Source: Carcharhinus amblyrhynchos (taxonomy: Eukaryota). Taken from it: DNA of 64,000 bases. Location of the stretch: positions 21,266,001-21,330,000 of the forward strand of contig OZ336887.1 in assembly GCA_965287045.1 (NCBI GenBank). Direction: 5' to 3'. A program made the translations under genes and the position numbers. Position 1 is the stretch's first letter, and every line of letters starts with the position of its first letter. The notes beneath the pieces were generated by a model. That model was not told the origin of the DNA. It saw only the letters and a list, made by a program, of their open reading frames with translations, and did no database searches. Below, piece by piece: positions 1-16,544 of this stretch.

Positions 1-359
1 CACCAAGGAGCCAAAAAGAACAGAGATTCTAAGAATGTGCAACAGTTTTGAATCTACTTGCAGGATTGGAATGGTTCATAGATAGAATAGCAGATAACCA
101 GGAATAAGGTAAAGGCTCAAATTTAAAAAAAACTCATGAGTTGTTGTTCTTCTAGTTTGCATTGAGCATCACTGGAGCATTGCAGCAGGCCAAGGACAGA
201 TACGTGGGCATGAAAACAAGATGCCGAGTTGAAATGGCAAGTGACTTGCAGCAATGATCCAGTGATGCCCAGTACAAACTGGAAGAACAACTCATCTTAT
301 GATTAGGCACATTACATCCTTCTGGACTCAATACTGAGTTCAAAGAACTTCAGACTAGG

Positions 360-445
360 AATAGAAACATAGAAAATAGAAGCAAGAGTAGGCCATTTGG
401 CCCTTTGAGTCTGCTCCTCCATTCATTATGATCATGGCTGATCAT
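360..445 (-). mobile_element. CR1-group LINE 3' tail fragment
   Basis: Reverse complement resembles the tail at 38740-38830 (gatcagccatgatc...atggcctactc...ttctatgtt). Confidence 0.75.
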
Positions 446-479
446 CCAACTCAACCTGATCCCACCTTTGTTCCCCATT

Positions 480-915
480 ATGAACTTTCCCCTCCATCTT
501 GACCCTCTCCCAACACAAACCCACCCCTCCACATGCTCACTGCCCCTTGTTCGGTTTTGCTCTCAATGACCACTGACCTTTGCTTTCCTATTAACACATC
601 TTGCTACCTTACCATTGCCACTATTAACACTCTTCAGTCCCTAATGATACCATTAACAGCCCCTTTGTCTTATGTCTATGACATCTTTGTCAATCTCTCC
701 TTAGCTCCAGCCTATCATTGACTTTCCATTCTGTCACACCTACCTCGCCAAGCATATAATTCTTCATTAACCCTCTTCAGTTATGTAGAAGGGTTATATA
801 GCCTTGAAACATTAACTGTGTTTCTTTCTCCTCAGACGCTGCCAGACCTGCTGAGTTTATCCAGCACTTTCTGTTTTTATCTCAGATTTCCAGCATCTGC
901 AGCATTTTGCTTCTA
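480..915. mobile_element. Degenerate repeat, Penelope-like terminal region
   Basis: gaagggt...gaaacattaactgtg...gctgccagacctgctgagtt motif, which recurs at 28001-28200; family name recalled only. Confidence 0.45.
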
Positions 916-1117
916 TTTGGTCAAATTTAATGAATGAATTGAGTATAAATTGAAGAGAGGTCCTGAGAATGTTATATACATGGGAAATAGATGGACTGCT
1001 TGAATGGAAGTGTGAGGATGGGATTTTGGTGGGAAGGAGGCATTAGGTGGAGTTTTGGCAATGGGAAGAAGGTGTGAGGGTGGGCTTTTTTAAATTTTCT
1101 TAACCATTTTTAATTGA

Positions 1118-1663
<546 letters not shown>

Positions 1664-1849
1664 TGAACTCTGACTGTAATGTGGGCATTGTGAAGACAAA
1701 AAAACAGGGATTTCTAATTTCAGGAAGGGTGAGAGGCTGAGGCAATGACATGGGCAACTAGGGAATAACTGGGGAAGGGAGGTCTTAAATTGAGCCACTA
1801 ACGACATATATATTCAATGGTTCAAACAATCAATGACTCCAACTCTAGT

Positions 1850-2072
1850 AATGTGTATTCTCCCTGAGTCTGCATGGATTTCCTCTGGGTGTTCCGGTTT
1901 CCTCCCATAGTCCAAAGATGTGCGGTTTAAGTGGATTGGTCATGCTGAAATTGTCAGGGGGATTAGCAGGGTTAATACATGGGGTTACGAAGATAGGACC
2001 TGGGTTGGATTGTTGTCAGCGCAGGCTTGATGGGCTGAATGCGCTCCTTCTGTCCTGTAGGGATTTGATGAT
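1850..2072 (+). mobile_element. HE1-like SINE, 5'-truncated
   Basis: Shares core ggtttcctcccayagtccaaagatgtg and the CR1-like tail with the copy at 51039. Confidence 0.75.
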
Positions 2073-4647
2073 TCAACCCAGTCTGTGCACTCAGTGGGTC
2101 CAACACTCATCTATGTAGTCAACATTCCACGTTTTCAGCCTGCAGGGTTAGAGATTCATATGATCAGTGTCTCCTGTAAATTTGTGGTAGGTATTGAAAC
2201 TCTGGCCCAGATTTTTATGCCTTCATCCATGTCAGATCATAGGACTTTAAAAGTGCTGGTTTGGACCCAACTTTGGGACTCTTGCACCATTCTATCTCCT
2301 AGTATTTGCCAGTGCGTGGTAAGGGTGTGGCTGAGAGTCCACATGCAGCATTCCCAGCTTTGCCAGTTCCATTGCAGGGTGGTGATGGGCATTTCAGACA
2401 CCTGGCAATTTTGATGCAACCATGCAGCTTTTGCAGGAAATGTGATTTATAGCACCTCAAAGGAGTCCTCAGCTATGGGAGAGTCCTAATCTAAACAAAA
2501 TAAAAATCAGACATTCAGCATTGTAGAGGTTTACCGCATGGAAACAGGCCCTTCGGCCCAACTTGTCCATGCCACCCTTTTTTTTTTAAACCCCTAGGCT
2601 AATCTCAATTGCCCGCATTTGGCCCTTATCCCTCCTTTGGTCCATATTCCTTTGGAAAAAAATTCCCTCCTTTCCTTTTTCAGAAAACTATCAAACACAG
2701 CCAACAATGGTCCCATTATAGAAACCTTTAACCTGTCCAAATATATACACAGACATTGAATAATCACTTCAAAGAATGATCAATTATTACAAAATAACAA
2801 AACTGTAAATCAACCCTAGGACTCCCTTTTGTAAATGTGTAAACAGCCCCCCAAAGGGCTGAATATGTAATCAAGCGTTCATAGTGAAGCCATCTAACAA
2901 CTGTATCAACAGAAATAGGCTGAACAGATGGCCTTATCTTGAAAGCTTTGCTGGGATTCAGAACTGATTAATGCATTCAGGTCCTATGGAAAACTTTGTA
3001 CAGTTACAAAGGAGACTACTAGCTTTGTTTCGTTGACGGTTTCATTACTGTGTACCAGCTTAATCTTTCTTTGAAGTTTTTTTCTTGAAGCCAGTGTGTT
3101 TATTTGTACAGGATAAAAGTTTCTTCAATTGAACATTCGTTTGTGTTTGATTTAGAGTTTTTTTTGCAATCTTAAGGGCAGTTCTTTCAAAGGGAATGTT
3201 GAATGCCTGGTTTTTTTTTTAATTCCATGATCGTTTTAAAGGCTTGCCAGTGTTTTTATATGGCTCAGGAGCTCTGTACTTAGTTGGCATGGATGATTCA
3301 TGGGGGAGCATGGGAGATGTGGGGGTCCTGGAAGGCACAGTGCATTCTGAAGTGACATAGGGGATTTGAGGGGACATGAAGAGGGCATGGGGGTGAATAG
3401 AAATAAAAAGAGTGAGGGTTAGAGGGCCTAACAACTATGAATAGGACTGGATCAATGTCAGACTAAATGGAGATCAGCTTTCTAACTTGTTGGCCTCACT
3501 ATCTGACCACCCGTGTTGTGCCCTGGACCTGTGGCTAGAGATGGCATGCCTTCTCCAGCCCATGCCCACCTTCCTGACACATAAACAGAGTGGACTGGCT
3601 CCTCTAGAATGGAGAGAGGATCACAGAGCTGAGAAAATCTTGGCTCATGAAAATCTGGCCGTCTAACCTCATAATGGAGTTGAATCTCTTCTTGAATAGG
3701 GCAGATAGAGCTAAATAGCATTGTAGATCATTCTTGATCCCTCTGATCTTCTGGATTTGTTTGTCTGAGGGCAGATTGGGTTGAAATTTTCCATTGTATT
3801 GTTTCTTTTGTTATGTTTTCTTGTTTCTCCCAGGAGATTACATGACTGTTGTCTCAGTGGGGGCATAGGCTATTGTCTGAAATGATGCGTAGTCAAAATT
3901 CCTTTTCTACAATGAAGTGGGGCAGTCTTGATGGACCAGCAGGTCTTTGCCTGCCTTCAGGTTTGCATGACTGTAAAAAAAAAAGTTTCAAATGGAACTA
4001 GCAGCATCATAAAGAGGAGGTAGTTGCTGTGACACTGAAAACAGAAGATGCTATGGACCAGAAAGAATTCAGATTCCCAATTTAGTTCACACTGAGTTAA
4101 CTGTTCATAGTCACGTTTACATTATTCGCGTTTTTTTCCTCCAATACCTTGGAATATGTTGGGAGAAGTCTGGAAGGCTTTTGCTCTTGATTCAGTAACC
4201 TGGCTTAAAATATGCATCTCCATAGTCGAAAACAGCCCTTATCTGTAATATGTGTCGTGGTCAAATAGTCTGCTCAGCTCAGACATGACAAACAGCTGAT
4301 TAAGCGAGAGAGAGAGGGAATAATTTGCTGCCACTGAGCCCTGTGTCAGCAAGAGTCAGGAGAGGGAATGGGGAGCATGTTTCTGTCCAGAAGTGGAGGC
4401 TAACTGAAGCAGGAAGCTGTTTGGCTCATTTGCAGAACTTACTATTAGTTTCCTTGTGTTACATCGACTATGCTTTTCACATCACCTGACATGTTTCGGA
4501 ATGCAAATCAACCCTTTGAAACAGGGCCAGTCATAGTGAGTGACCTTCAGTGCAAGTGAAAGAAGTACGAGCTCAGTCACTTCAATAGCAAGGATTCTGT
4601 TCTGTACATTGTTGCTTTGGAGCCATCTGATAATCATTTATCTCTGA

Positions 4648-4764
<117 letters not shown>

Positions 4765-5115
4765 TGACAGTCTGACATTGCCCAACAGCATCTGAGTGTG
4801 TTAGGTTGTGTGGGCTGTTATGAGTACACATCATATGTGCTAAGCTGTGATTGTGTACTGTGTGCAAGGCAATATGTGTGCCAAAGTGTTGATGTATTCT
4901 CAAAGTATCTTAGTGGATGAAACCAGCTGCCCTCAGTGGTGAATTAATGCACTGCACTCCAGCTATTCCATCTCTGAGACAAGGCTCGTACAGTGCGATC
5001 TTCAGATGGCCTATGTAGACACTGGTCTCATGGCACAGACTTGGGTTGGTGATGTGATGATCTGCCTGGCTAGGGTTAGAGCGTTTCTCCTTATTCTCTT
5101 ACTTTCTTTTTGCAG

Positions 5116-5193
5116 AAGCAAGTTTTGTACCTGAAACTTTTAAGAAGAAGGATTTGGTTGAAGTGTTATCCCGGAAGAAGGCCTACAACATGT
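5116..5193 (+). CDS. GRID2IP: Delphilin FH2 exon (KASFVPETFKKKDLVEVLSRKKAYNM)
   Basis: ctttttgcag acceptor, gtaagt donor, 78 nt, phase 1/1. Confidence 0.93.
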
Positions 5194-5419
5194 GTAAGTC
5201 CCGTGCCCGCTCCACAGTCAATTTGCTATAGCACAGCTAGGCTTGTTTTAATTATGAACTCAACTGAAATTGTCCATGAACAAACATTTCTCTTGGTAAA
5301 AAAGCCCTTTCTTACTCTTAGATATTTCTTGTTATCCCCCTCCATTCTCCTCTGTACATCTATAAACTCACTCTGTAATTGTTGCATGTTTTGTTTTATT
5401 GATTGACTCAATTTGGGCA

Positions 5420-6242
5420 GGGGACCATCTTACTGGCTCATCATGATAGTTGATTGGTGTGGTGAGCCAATAAGCTCAGGCTTGCACCCGGTTTATCACC
5501 TCCCGTGATGTTACCAGCCTTGTTCTGCTAGCGAAATATACGAAGCTGATTTCAATTTTCAAAAGCATATTTAAATATAATTACTGAGTCCCAAGCTCAA
5601 TCATCTGGGCTCACTTGTCTTTACCTGCTCGCGGGTGGAATCCTCACCAGTGAGGATCATGTATGGTCCCCACCAAGGGGGACCTGATATGATGGCCGCA
5701 TCGGTGGGACTGGAGGCCCTACCCCTGGGTCGTCAAGGGTAGGGTCAGGCAGTGCTCCTTCAGCAGTGCCAGTCTGGTACCCTGGCAATGCCTACCAAAC
5801 CCAAGCAGTGGCAAGGGGGTGAGGCCTAAGGGGAGAGGCGGGCCTATGATGGGAGTGAGTTATGATGGGGAGGCAGGGGGAGCTCTATATGGGGTTGGTA
5901 CAGTGCATCAGGAGTTGGCCAGGGCAGAGATCGGCCGGAGGGGATTGGGGACCGGGATTAGCTGGGAATGGGGATTGGAGGGGAGGCAATGTCTTGGGAG
6001 AGAGTGACAGATCTCCCAGTACATTAGGAAATCAGGCACATGCGCAATGGCACACCTACAAATCAGTAACCAGATTCCTGGGGTGAATAGACTACGTGCA
6101 CTCCCCTACTCTCATTTTGTTTCTTTTTTTTCTCTAAATGCCACACCATTGCATCTGCAAGCTCACCCAAAAATGAGTGCAATTCTCTCCTGTTTCACAT
6201 TTGTTTGGCACTTCGGATTTTTTTTTTGGTAAGATCACCTCC
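5420..6242. mobile_element. Non-autonomous TIR DNA transposon (PIF/Harbinger-like)
   Basis: Ends ggggaccatcttac / gtaagatcacctcc; internal motifs shared with 15751-16544 (caatyatctgggctcacttg, gcacatgcrcaatggcac, gtttggcactt). Confidence 0.65.
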
Positions 6243-7608
6243 TGGATCTTTCTTTCTTGGGGCTGTTAGAAGATTCCAGCCATCAATGAATGGGATGGAC
6301 ATGGGTTGTGGAGGCTGGTGGGGAAAATTTCTAAAGAGCACCAAAATGGTGAAAGGTGAAGGGATACAGGACTGGGAGAGAAAGGAGGGCAGGGCTGTGG
6401 TATTGGGAGGGATGGAGGCGGCGAGAAAAGGAGCAGAATTTGTCTTTTTTTTGGTCTAAGTGTCATGTCAGGTGGGAAAAGCAGAGTGTAGCAAGCTGGT
6501 TGCTGGGTTTTCCTGCCATATTTTTAAACTCACTGACAAAACACAAATGAAGAGATGTAAAAGCTCCCAGTTTCAAAAATGGAAAACAAACCCCCCCCAC
6601 TTCCCAACAGAACTCCCCTACCTGCATGGAAAACCTCTCTGGCACCACCAGGACAGGTCCTGCTCAACTGCTCATCAGGTGTATGTCGTGGGGAAACTGT
6701 TGTGATTCACATCGAAATGCCTTCATGCTGACATGGATGGACAGTTTAACATGGTGTAGCTATCAGGGGTTAAAGCTGATAATGATATTTAAATTGATGC
6801 ATATGAAGATTCCGACTTTTAAAGTCAGGATTCCTGTGAAGTCATTGGTGGGAACAATCGATAGGAGAAATCCTACCCGTATAAAAGCCATTTTGGGACT
6901 CCTGCACTTTTCCCTGCCTCTCTGCCATTCCCACCCCATCAAAAACAGAAGTGGAAAATACCCCCCACTGTGTGGAAGACTAAGGACTGTTAGTGGAGGA
7001 TTGGGGAACTATTATGAGAGTCACTGTGGGGACAGAGTCCAATTGGAAGGGAGAGTATCCAGTGAAAGAGGAGTGACTGGTCCTTGTAGTTGGAAGGACA
7101 GTGAGTGGGGAGAGTAATGTGCTGGGCCTCATGTTTAATGGAACAGGGACTATCCCTGGGTGAGAGTGGGAGCTCGCTGCCTTTGCCTTTTAGCTAGAGA
7201 GTGTGAGAGGGCTTGAGAAGCTATTCTTGTAAGTTGACCAGAGCTAAATTGTCACTTTGTTTTGTTTCATTTTCTTGTATTACCTTTCAGTAATCCAATG
7301 GCCAGGATATTTTCGGTTTGAAAATTGGTCCATTAACGAGTGTTATTAATTTCCTGCTCACAGTAGCCAGAATCCCATAACACCCTTTGCACCCTCAGGA
7401 TTAATGGAATAGGGAGGGTGGTAGAGGGAAAGATGGGAGAGCTTATCCTATTGCTGGGAGACTGATGCACAGCCCCTCTCCCAATTAAGTAGGCCCAGCT
7501 GCCATGGTTCTTTCCATGATGAACTGCATAACATCCAACCCAGTAAGTCTTCTCCATCCTTTCCTTTCATATGATGACTGATTCTCCATCTGGATATATT
7601 TTTGTTAG

Positions 7609-7805
7609 CTATTCTCATTGCCCACCTGAAGCTCTCGGCTCTGGAACTCCGCCGGATCCTCATGACAATGGAGAACGATCGTCTGGAGCCCTCTCACATT
7701 AAGCAGTTGCTGCTCTATGCTCCTGATGAGGAAGAGTTGAAAAACTTCAGGCGGCACATGGCTGATCCCAGTAAGCTGAGTGAACCAGACCAATTTGCCC
7801 TGCAG
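7609..7805 (+). CDS. GRID2IP: Delphilin FH2 exon (SILIAHLKLS...LSEPDQFALQ)
   Basis: tttgttag acceptor, CAG|gtgggt donor, 197 nt. Confidence 0.95.
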
Positions 7806-7889
7806 GTGGGTCCCTGGCAAACTGGAAGTGCACTCATTCTATGTCAAAGGCACTTAAATTACTCCTTACCAACCTCTCTTATATTATGA

Positions 7890-8490
7890 AATTCATAGAC
7901 TAGGAAGAGAGGAACTATTTCCTCAGGTGTGAGGTTTTCAGAACAAGGGGGTTGAACTTTAAATTTAGAACTAAGCTCTTTAGGAATGATGTATTCATTC
8001 TACAGGTTATGGAATTTGGAAACTGATTCCCAAAAAAGTTGTTGAGGTGGAATTCAACTGAAATTTTCAAATTGACATTGATAATTTTTTGTTGGGTAAG
8101 AATATTGAGGGTTATGGGACCAAGGCAGGTAGATAAAATTAAGATACAGATCAATGCAGCCTTAGAAAAAGGTTATGACTGACCAAATAATTGAATTTTT
8201 TGAGGAGGTAGCAAGGATGGTGAACGATTGCAACATATTTGATAACACAGCAAAGTTTTGGACAAGGTCTCACATGGCAGACTAGTCAGCACTTGAACTG
8301 CTGCAACCTATAGGTTCTCAGATCAAGAGATTAAAAAGTGGTATTGGGCTGTATAGATCTTCTTTGCCTAGCATCAACATGAGGAGCTGAATGGCTTCCT
8401 TCTCCAGCACACATTTCTGATTCTATGAGATTAGCCATGCTCTAACTGAACAGTGTAACTGGCTCACAAGGCTGAGAGGCCTCCTCCTGT
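7890..8490 (+). mobile_element. Degenerate CR1-group LINE fragments
   Basis: LFP...RTRG..FK..RVMEFGN-like remnants and 3' tail motifs related to 38480-38830. Confidence 0.6.
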
Positions 8491-9000
8491 TCATATGTGT
8501 CTGTGTTTTCTGTGATCTTGCTCACTTCCAACTCTTCTGTCACAAAATAGCACTTCACCTCAAAGACTTTCCCATGAAGACCCACAATAAACTATTGTTG
8601 TAATATGTTGTGGTGTCATATTTGATTGTTTACTGCACCATGCATTATCACTTCACCCTGTGTAACAAGTGTTTGCATTTATATGGCACCTTAAATTGGA
8701 ATGAAAAAATTGCAAGGCGCTTATAGAGGTTGAACTAAAAGAATTAAAGATAAGTTTTTAGGAGGCTCTTAAAAGAGATGTGGAAAGTGAAAAGGCAGAG
8801 ATCTTTATTGAGAGAATTGGAGAAGGTGCAACTGATCTAGTACTCAGCTCACATTGGAAAACAGATATCCGAAATCAGAGTATCAGAAAAGCAAAGGGAA
8901 AACACACACTGGCATCATATATTTTGCCCAAAATGCTTTTCTCAGCACAGAGTCATGAAACACCTTTTTTAATGCATCCTTTACTTACACATTTGTGTAG

Positions 9001-9165
<165 letters not shown>

Positions 9166-9895
9166 TAATTCCTGGTAAATTCAATAAAGTGCAGTTCACA
9201 TTTCAGTCTCTTTCCATGAGGCAAGACAACAACAACTGTGATTGAAATTACTATCATATTACTGCAGCATGGTGCTGTGGTTTACTTTGGGTACTATGTA
9301 CCCCTAAGGTACAGGACCAGCCCTCCGGTGCTCAGAAACTTGTTGGTTCATGTCTCCAAAGTGTGAACTGACAATCCTGACAGACACTACAATGCAGTAC
9401 TGTGCTTACATTAAACCGAGCCTCATCTGCCCTCTCAGCTGATGGGAAAGATCACACTATACCACTATAGAATAGCGGTGAATATTAGTGATGTTATGGC
9501 AAAGATATTCCTTAACTAATACTATAAATTGTTTATGGGACCTTACTTTGTTTGCGGGGCCTTTGTGTTTCTGTATGGTTCTCTGTTTGTGCGTTTGTGT
9601 CTGTGTATGTCTCTGCAGGTCTCTTCCTCTATGTGGCGTTGTACTGTCTATCTGTGTGTCTCTCTCCTTGGGTCTTTGTCTCTCTCATTTGGGTCTTTCC
9701 TTATGTATATGTAGGTCTCAATGAGATGTCATTCTGGAGCCCCATGTATCTAATGGGATATGCAGTGGGGAGTAATCCAGTGGAAGAGTCCATGCATAGA
9801 CAGACAATCTAGAGCAGGACCTGTTGGCTTCATTTATTCAAGTGTTGTGATTTTCCAGCACGTTTATTTCTCCTCAGTAATTGTTTTTTCTCTGA

Positions 9896-9994
<99 letters not shown>

Positions 9995-10412
9995 TGAAAC
10001 TGATAACAGCTGGGTTCAAATGGAATTAAGTAATGAGTTGGTGTCAATGTTAGTGGAGACTCCCAAGGAGAAGGGAATTGTTTTTGTTTTTGGCTGCTGT
10101 GTTAGAGGGAAGATGCATGATTAATTAATCAATTGACAACCCTAGGGTGGTGGGGGGAGAGAGTAGTACTGAATGGCAGCAGCAGTTGCTGCAGGAGAAA
10201 AAAGGGAGTGTTCAATTATGTTGGAGAAGGGTAATTAATAATATTAGCAGCCATTGGAAATGAAAATGGAATGAATGGTTATCATATTGATACTCCCTGG
10301 GGGAGGGGAGATTTGTGTTAATTAGGCTAGTGTGCTTTGGGGAAAGGGAGAAGAGTGGTTCATTGTACTTGCCTTCTAAGGAAGAAGTTAACCATGTTGG
10401 AAACATCTCTAA

Positions 10413-10619
<207 letters not shown>

Positions 10620-10729
10620 TGAAAGGGAACCAAGTGCTTGTACTCAGATTATGAAGTGACAAGTCATTGATTTCCGAAAACTTTGCATTTTGTTAAGAAC
10701 CCATGAGCTAGAACTTTGAGGCCCTTTAC

Positions 10730-11020
10730 CCAGATGATGTCAAGGCGTTTGAGTGTTGTGATTGTTCTCATTTGGGTGAGAGATGACTATTCTGTCACAC
10801 TGCTGCCTTGAGATTTGCAGATAGCTTTAAGGGTTCAGGAGGTGAGATACTCCCCATATCCAGCCTCAATCCTGTCTAAAGCCAAAATGTTGATATAGTT
10901 GGCCCAGTTAAACTTCTGACTAGTGGCAAACCCCAGATATAAAATAGAGGGGTTGGCAGTGCGTGCTGTTGAAGGCCTTGAAAAATTTATTTGGCGATGG
11001 TCATTACCTGTGACCATTAG
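10730..11020 (-). mobile_element. Degenerate fragment of the LINE family seen at 37284-42632
   Basis: Minus-strand ILYLGFATSQKFNWANYINILA resembles the RT C-terminal stretch at 41830-41960. Confidence 0.5.
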
Positions 11021-11381
11021 AGTTAGGTGGAAGGATTTTTATTGTAAAAATTTTATACCTGCAGTATGTGACTATTATTTGTGTCTGTGTTGTTCTTTAT
11101 GGTAAAATAAGTTTGCTTGACATTTCCAACTTAACAGTAGGGTTATTGCAGATATTCCGTTGTTTTCAAAGACAAGAATAAAAATTGTCCAGTGGCTCAA
11201 ACATTTGCTGTTCACTTCCCAGTTACATTACTAAAAGCGTATCCAGATCTCCGAAGGCAAGGATAGACACTGTTAAACTTATGGAGAAGTATGACTCAGC
11301 CAAATTCTAAGATACAAGAATTGGAACCGTTCAGGGCAGCAAAAGAATACAGAAAAATATAGAACTCTCCCTTTTTTTCAG

Positions 11382-11500
11382 TTAATCAGAGAACGATAAC
11401 TACAGAAATTATTGACATCCACACAACCAGGAAGGACATACAGACAGCTTGTGAGAACATGGCAGTCACCGATGAAGACAGATTCTCTGCAGTCATGACC
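11382..11500 (+). CDS. GRID2IP: Delphilin FH2 exon (VNQRTITTEI...EDRFSAVMT) ending at a non-canonical GCATCCTT donor
   Basis: ctttttttcag acceptor, 119 nt; 3' end placed by gap-free alignment to recalled delphilin (DKFAMVMS|SFLE). Confidence 0.9.
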
Positions 11501-13010
<1,510 letters not shown>

Positions 13011-13199
13011 TAAATCTGTGTAGCTATTAGCCACCAATCACATTGAACATTGTCAAAATGTTGTGGCTCAGTAAAATCCTATTTCTCTCAGTTATTTTAT
13101 GAAATATCTCTACTGCAAAGATAACAATCTCTCATCTTTCTTTTAGTTTTGATACATGCTTAATAAAAACAAGGGAAATAGGTGGAGACATGTATGGAC

Positions 13200-14010
13200 A
13201 AATAAAGGGATATATGATACACATAAAATATAATTTAGGGTGAACTGAAGTTTATTGAAAGTGGAGGATAGGAAGTCAGCCAGGACAGTATTGGAACAAT
13301 TAGAACTGGAGGTGATGAAGACTGGAGGTGAAAAAGTTTCAGTAGCAGATGGGTTAAGGTAGGTGTGGAGGGGAGAATGTAGGGAAGTGATATTAGGGAG
13401 GTGAACATAGGTGGAGGTTTTAATGGAGTTTGTATGGAATTGGAAGCGCAGCTTAGGGTCAAATAGAATGTCACTTTTCTGAACCATCTAATTCAACACA
13501 AGAAGCATCATGAGTTGATGGTTAACATGGTGAGCATGCAAAATTTGTGGTGGGGGTTGAAGTCAAAGAATTTAGTCTTCCCAGTGTTTAGCTTGACAAA
13601 GGGAAGGGTCTTGTAAGAATGTATGTCCGATAAATGCTGATAGAACTGAGGCCTCAAGGGCTCAAAAAAGGTGGTGGAGAAGTAGAGTGGAATGTCATTG
13701 CTATTCACCTGGTAGTTAAACTCATGTCTATGAACGATGCAAAGCTGCAACATCTAGATGAACAAGAAGGGGACAAGGATAGATCTTTTAGGGTCTCTGA
13801 GGTGAAGATATTGGGATAGTAAGAGAAGCCATTGTAAGAAATGCTGCAGTTATGATTGGATAAATGAATAGAATCTGGCAAGGGCAGGAGGAGAGGCATG
13901 ATTGACTGCATCAAAGGCTGCAAAGGGGGTGAGTAGAAAATGGTGCAGTATGATGGCATTCACAGAGAATATCATTGATGACTTTGGTTATTGCCATTTT
14001 GATGTTGTTA
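13200..14010 (-). mobile_element. L2-like LINE fragment
   Basis: Minus-strand remnants KLNTGKT and YLNPSATETF..FITSSSNCSNTVLA..FNKLQ resemble the L2 ORF2 C-terminus. Confidence 0.6.
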
Positions 14011-14919
14011 GAAGGGGAGTTGTGGGATAGATCATCATGAATCAACCATCACGAGTGGCTTCACAGACGAAAAAGAGTGTGCAATATGGAGTAAATATGT
14101 AACACGTATACGTCATATGTGAGGTATTGCACATTAATATTATTTATTACAGATACTTTTGCATGGAGCATGGGGAATGTATGATGTTGTATAAGATCTG
14201 TTCAGGAAGAAACATTTGAGGCCACAGGTTAGCTGATTTCTAATATACTGTACATGGGGAGAATGTGACAAGGAAATATAATATACATTGGGGAATACAC
14301 TATATAGCTATCTGATGTACACCAAGGGAAAATGTGATACATACGTGGGAAAAATGTTCAAGGATGTATGATATACATACAAAGAAAATGGTACACATGA
14401 TATATTTAGAGATAGTTATTTTATTATGTGTATAATAATGAGCTATGGATCGAGGTTAATATATAACTGAACACATGTCATACATCCAAGGAAATATGAT
14501 AGTTACATTCCTTCCCTGCCTTTTGCGCATAATGTTTAATAATCCAGGGAGCAAACATTTGGAATGAATTCTACTATACAGCATTATTGAGATCATAATA
14601 TTGTGTCTGAATGTGGAAGATGGTGGTGGGAAATGTGTAGAATGTTTGTCTAAGACAGCTGTTGAGTTCAAAGAAGAATGACATTCATAGTGAATAATAC
14701 AACAGAATTGAAAGGGTGTGATTATAGCTGGACTATAGCAATGAGAAAGGTAATAAAATTGATCACCTGCTCAAGGTGAATCCATTAGATAGTGAGCAGA
14801 AGTTGAAAAGGAATGTGATTTGATAATCAGAGGATGAATCAAGAGGGAGTTTAAAGTACAGCTTGTTTATGGAGATGGCTGATATCCAAATTTCAGTTTC
14901 TGCTTCCTGATGGCATAGT

Positions 14920-15665
14920 TGGTCTTAATATCAGTAGTGGGGAAAATGCTAGAGTCTATTATAAAGGATGTGATAACTGAACACATAAAAAATAAAGGTA
15001 GGAATGAGTAGAGCCAACATTGATTTCTGTAAGCGAAATCACGTTTGACAGATCCGTTAGAGTTTTGAGGATGTAACTATAAGGGAGAACCAATGGATAC
15101 GGTGTATTTGGATTTTTAGAAGGCTTGCGATAAGATTACACGCAAGATGTTTCTCAGCTAAATTAGGATTGAGTGCAATACACTGACATCGATGCCGCCA
15201 AGTTTTGTGTCAATGTGATTTGGGAAGAGGATGCAAAGAGGCTTTAAGAAGACTTAGGTTAAGCGAGTGGGCAAGAACATGGCGATCAGTATATAGTGTG
15301 TAAGTTATCCATTTTGGTAGGAAAAACAGAAATTTAGAATCTTAAATGATGAGAAATTGAGAAGTGTTGATGTTCAAAAGGACCTATGTGTTCTTGTTCG
15401 TTGTTAACTGAAAACTTAATGCAGGTGCCACTAGCAATTAGAACAGCCAATAGCATGTTGGCCTTTGCTGCAAGGGGATTTAAGTACAGGGGTAAAGCAT
15501 TCTTGCTGCAGTTGTATAGAGCCTTGGTGAGACTGTACCTGGAATATTGTGTCTGGTTTGATTACCTTACCTAAGGAAGAATACACTGGCCATAGGGAGA
15601 GTATAAAAAACATCTACCAGGTTGACCCCTGGGATGGTGGTTGCACTTTGAGAAGAGGTAAAGGA
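14920..15665 (+). mobile_element. CR1-group LINE fragment
   Basis: DTVYLDF*KA and AIRTANSMLAFAARGFKYRGKAFLLQLYRALVRLYLEYCV, homologous to the 58992 ORF. Confidence 0.85.
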
Positions 15666-15750
15666 GACTTCTCCCACCATAATCATCATTTGAGGTTCTC
15701 AGCAGGGTTACTGTTTGAGGTTCCAAGCATGGTAAGTTTCCAAACACATG

Positions 15751-16544
15751 GGAGGAGATCTTACCACTCACTTCATCAGCTGATGGGTGGGGCAAGCCAG
15801 TAAGATCGTAAGAGAGCCAGCACCGGGTATCTAGTGAGATCAGTCAGGTGCTGATCTCAATATTTAAGTTCTATTTAAAATAGAATTTAAATATTACAAG
15901 TGATCCCAGGATACAATTATCTGGGCTCACTTGCCTTAGCAGTCTTGTGGTGAAGGTCCTGAAGGAGGTGGGGCTACAGAGGAGGACAGGGAGGAGAATG
16001 CACACTCTGCAATTGGGATCGGGTAGGAGTGGTTTGGGGGTGAACACTGTGCATTCTGTAACTGACAGTCGGCCAGATGGAGGGGAGAGGGGGGATGGGG
16101 GTGGGTGATTGGGCAGTCCGTGTGGAGATGTTTGGGGGGGGGGGTGGCGAAGGGATGTGATCTGTCCTTATAGGGGTGGGCGGGTAGACAATTGGTCTGA
16201 GCGGGAGAGGGTGGGCGATCAGCCAGTCCGTGTGGGGATGGGGGGTTGAGGATCGGCTGCGAAGAAGTAATAGTGGGGGAGGGGGGGAGCGGGGTGGAGG
16301 AGGAGGTGGTTGGGAGAAGGTTCCAGAGAGATCTGCACATGCACAATGGCACCCTCTGCTGCATCTGCCAGCTTTCAGGCAAGCTTAAGTCCACCCCTCC
16401 ACCAATTAGCGGGAAATAGATCTTGCTTCATTTTTTCCTCCAAGTGAGGTAAGATTTGATTTTTAACTCAAAAAAAAAAGCACGATTCTTTCTCATTTTC
16501 ATGCTCGTTTGGCACTTGGATATGTTTTTGGTAAGATTGCCGCC
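15751..16544. mobile_element. Non-autonomous PIF/Harbinger-like transposon with TIRs and a 3-bp TSD
   Basis: TIR ggaggagatcttacca / tggtaagattgccgcc; ATG on both flanks (15748-15750 and 16545-16547); G-rich interior. Confidence 0.8.
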
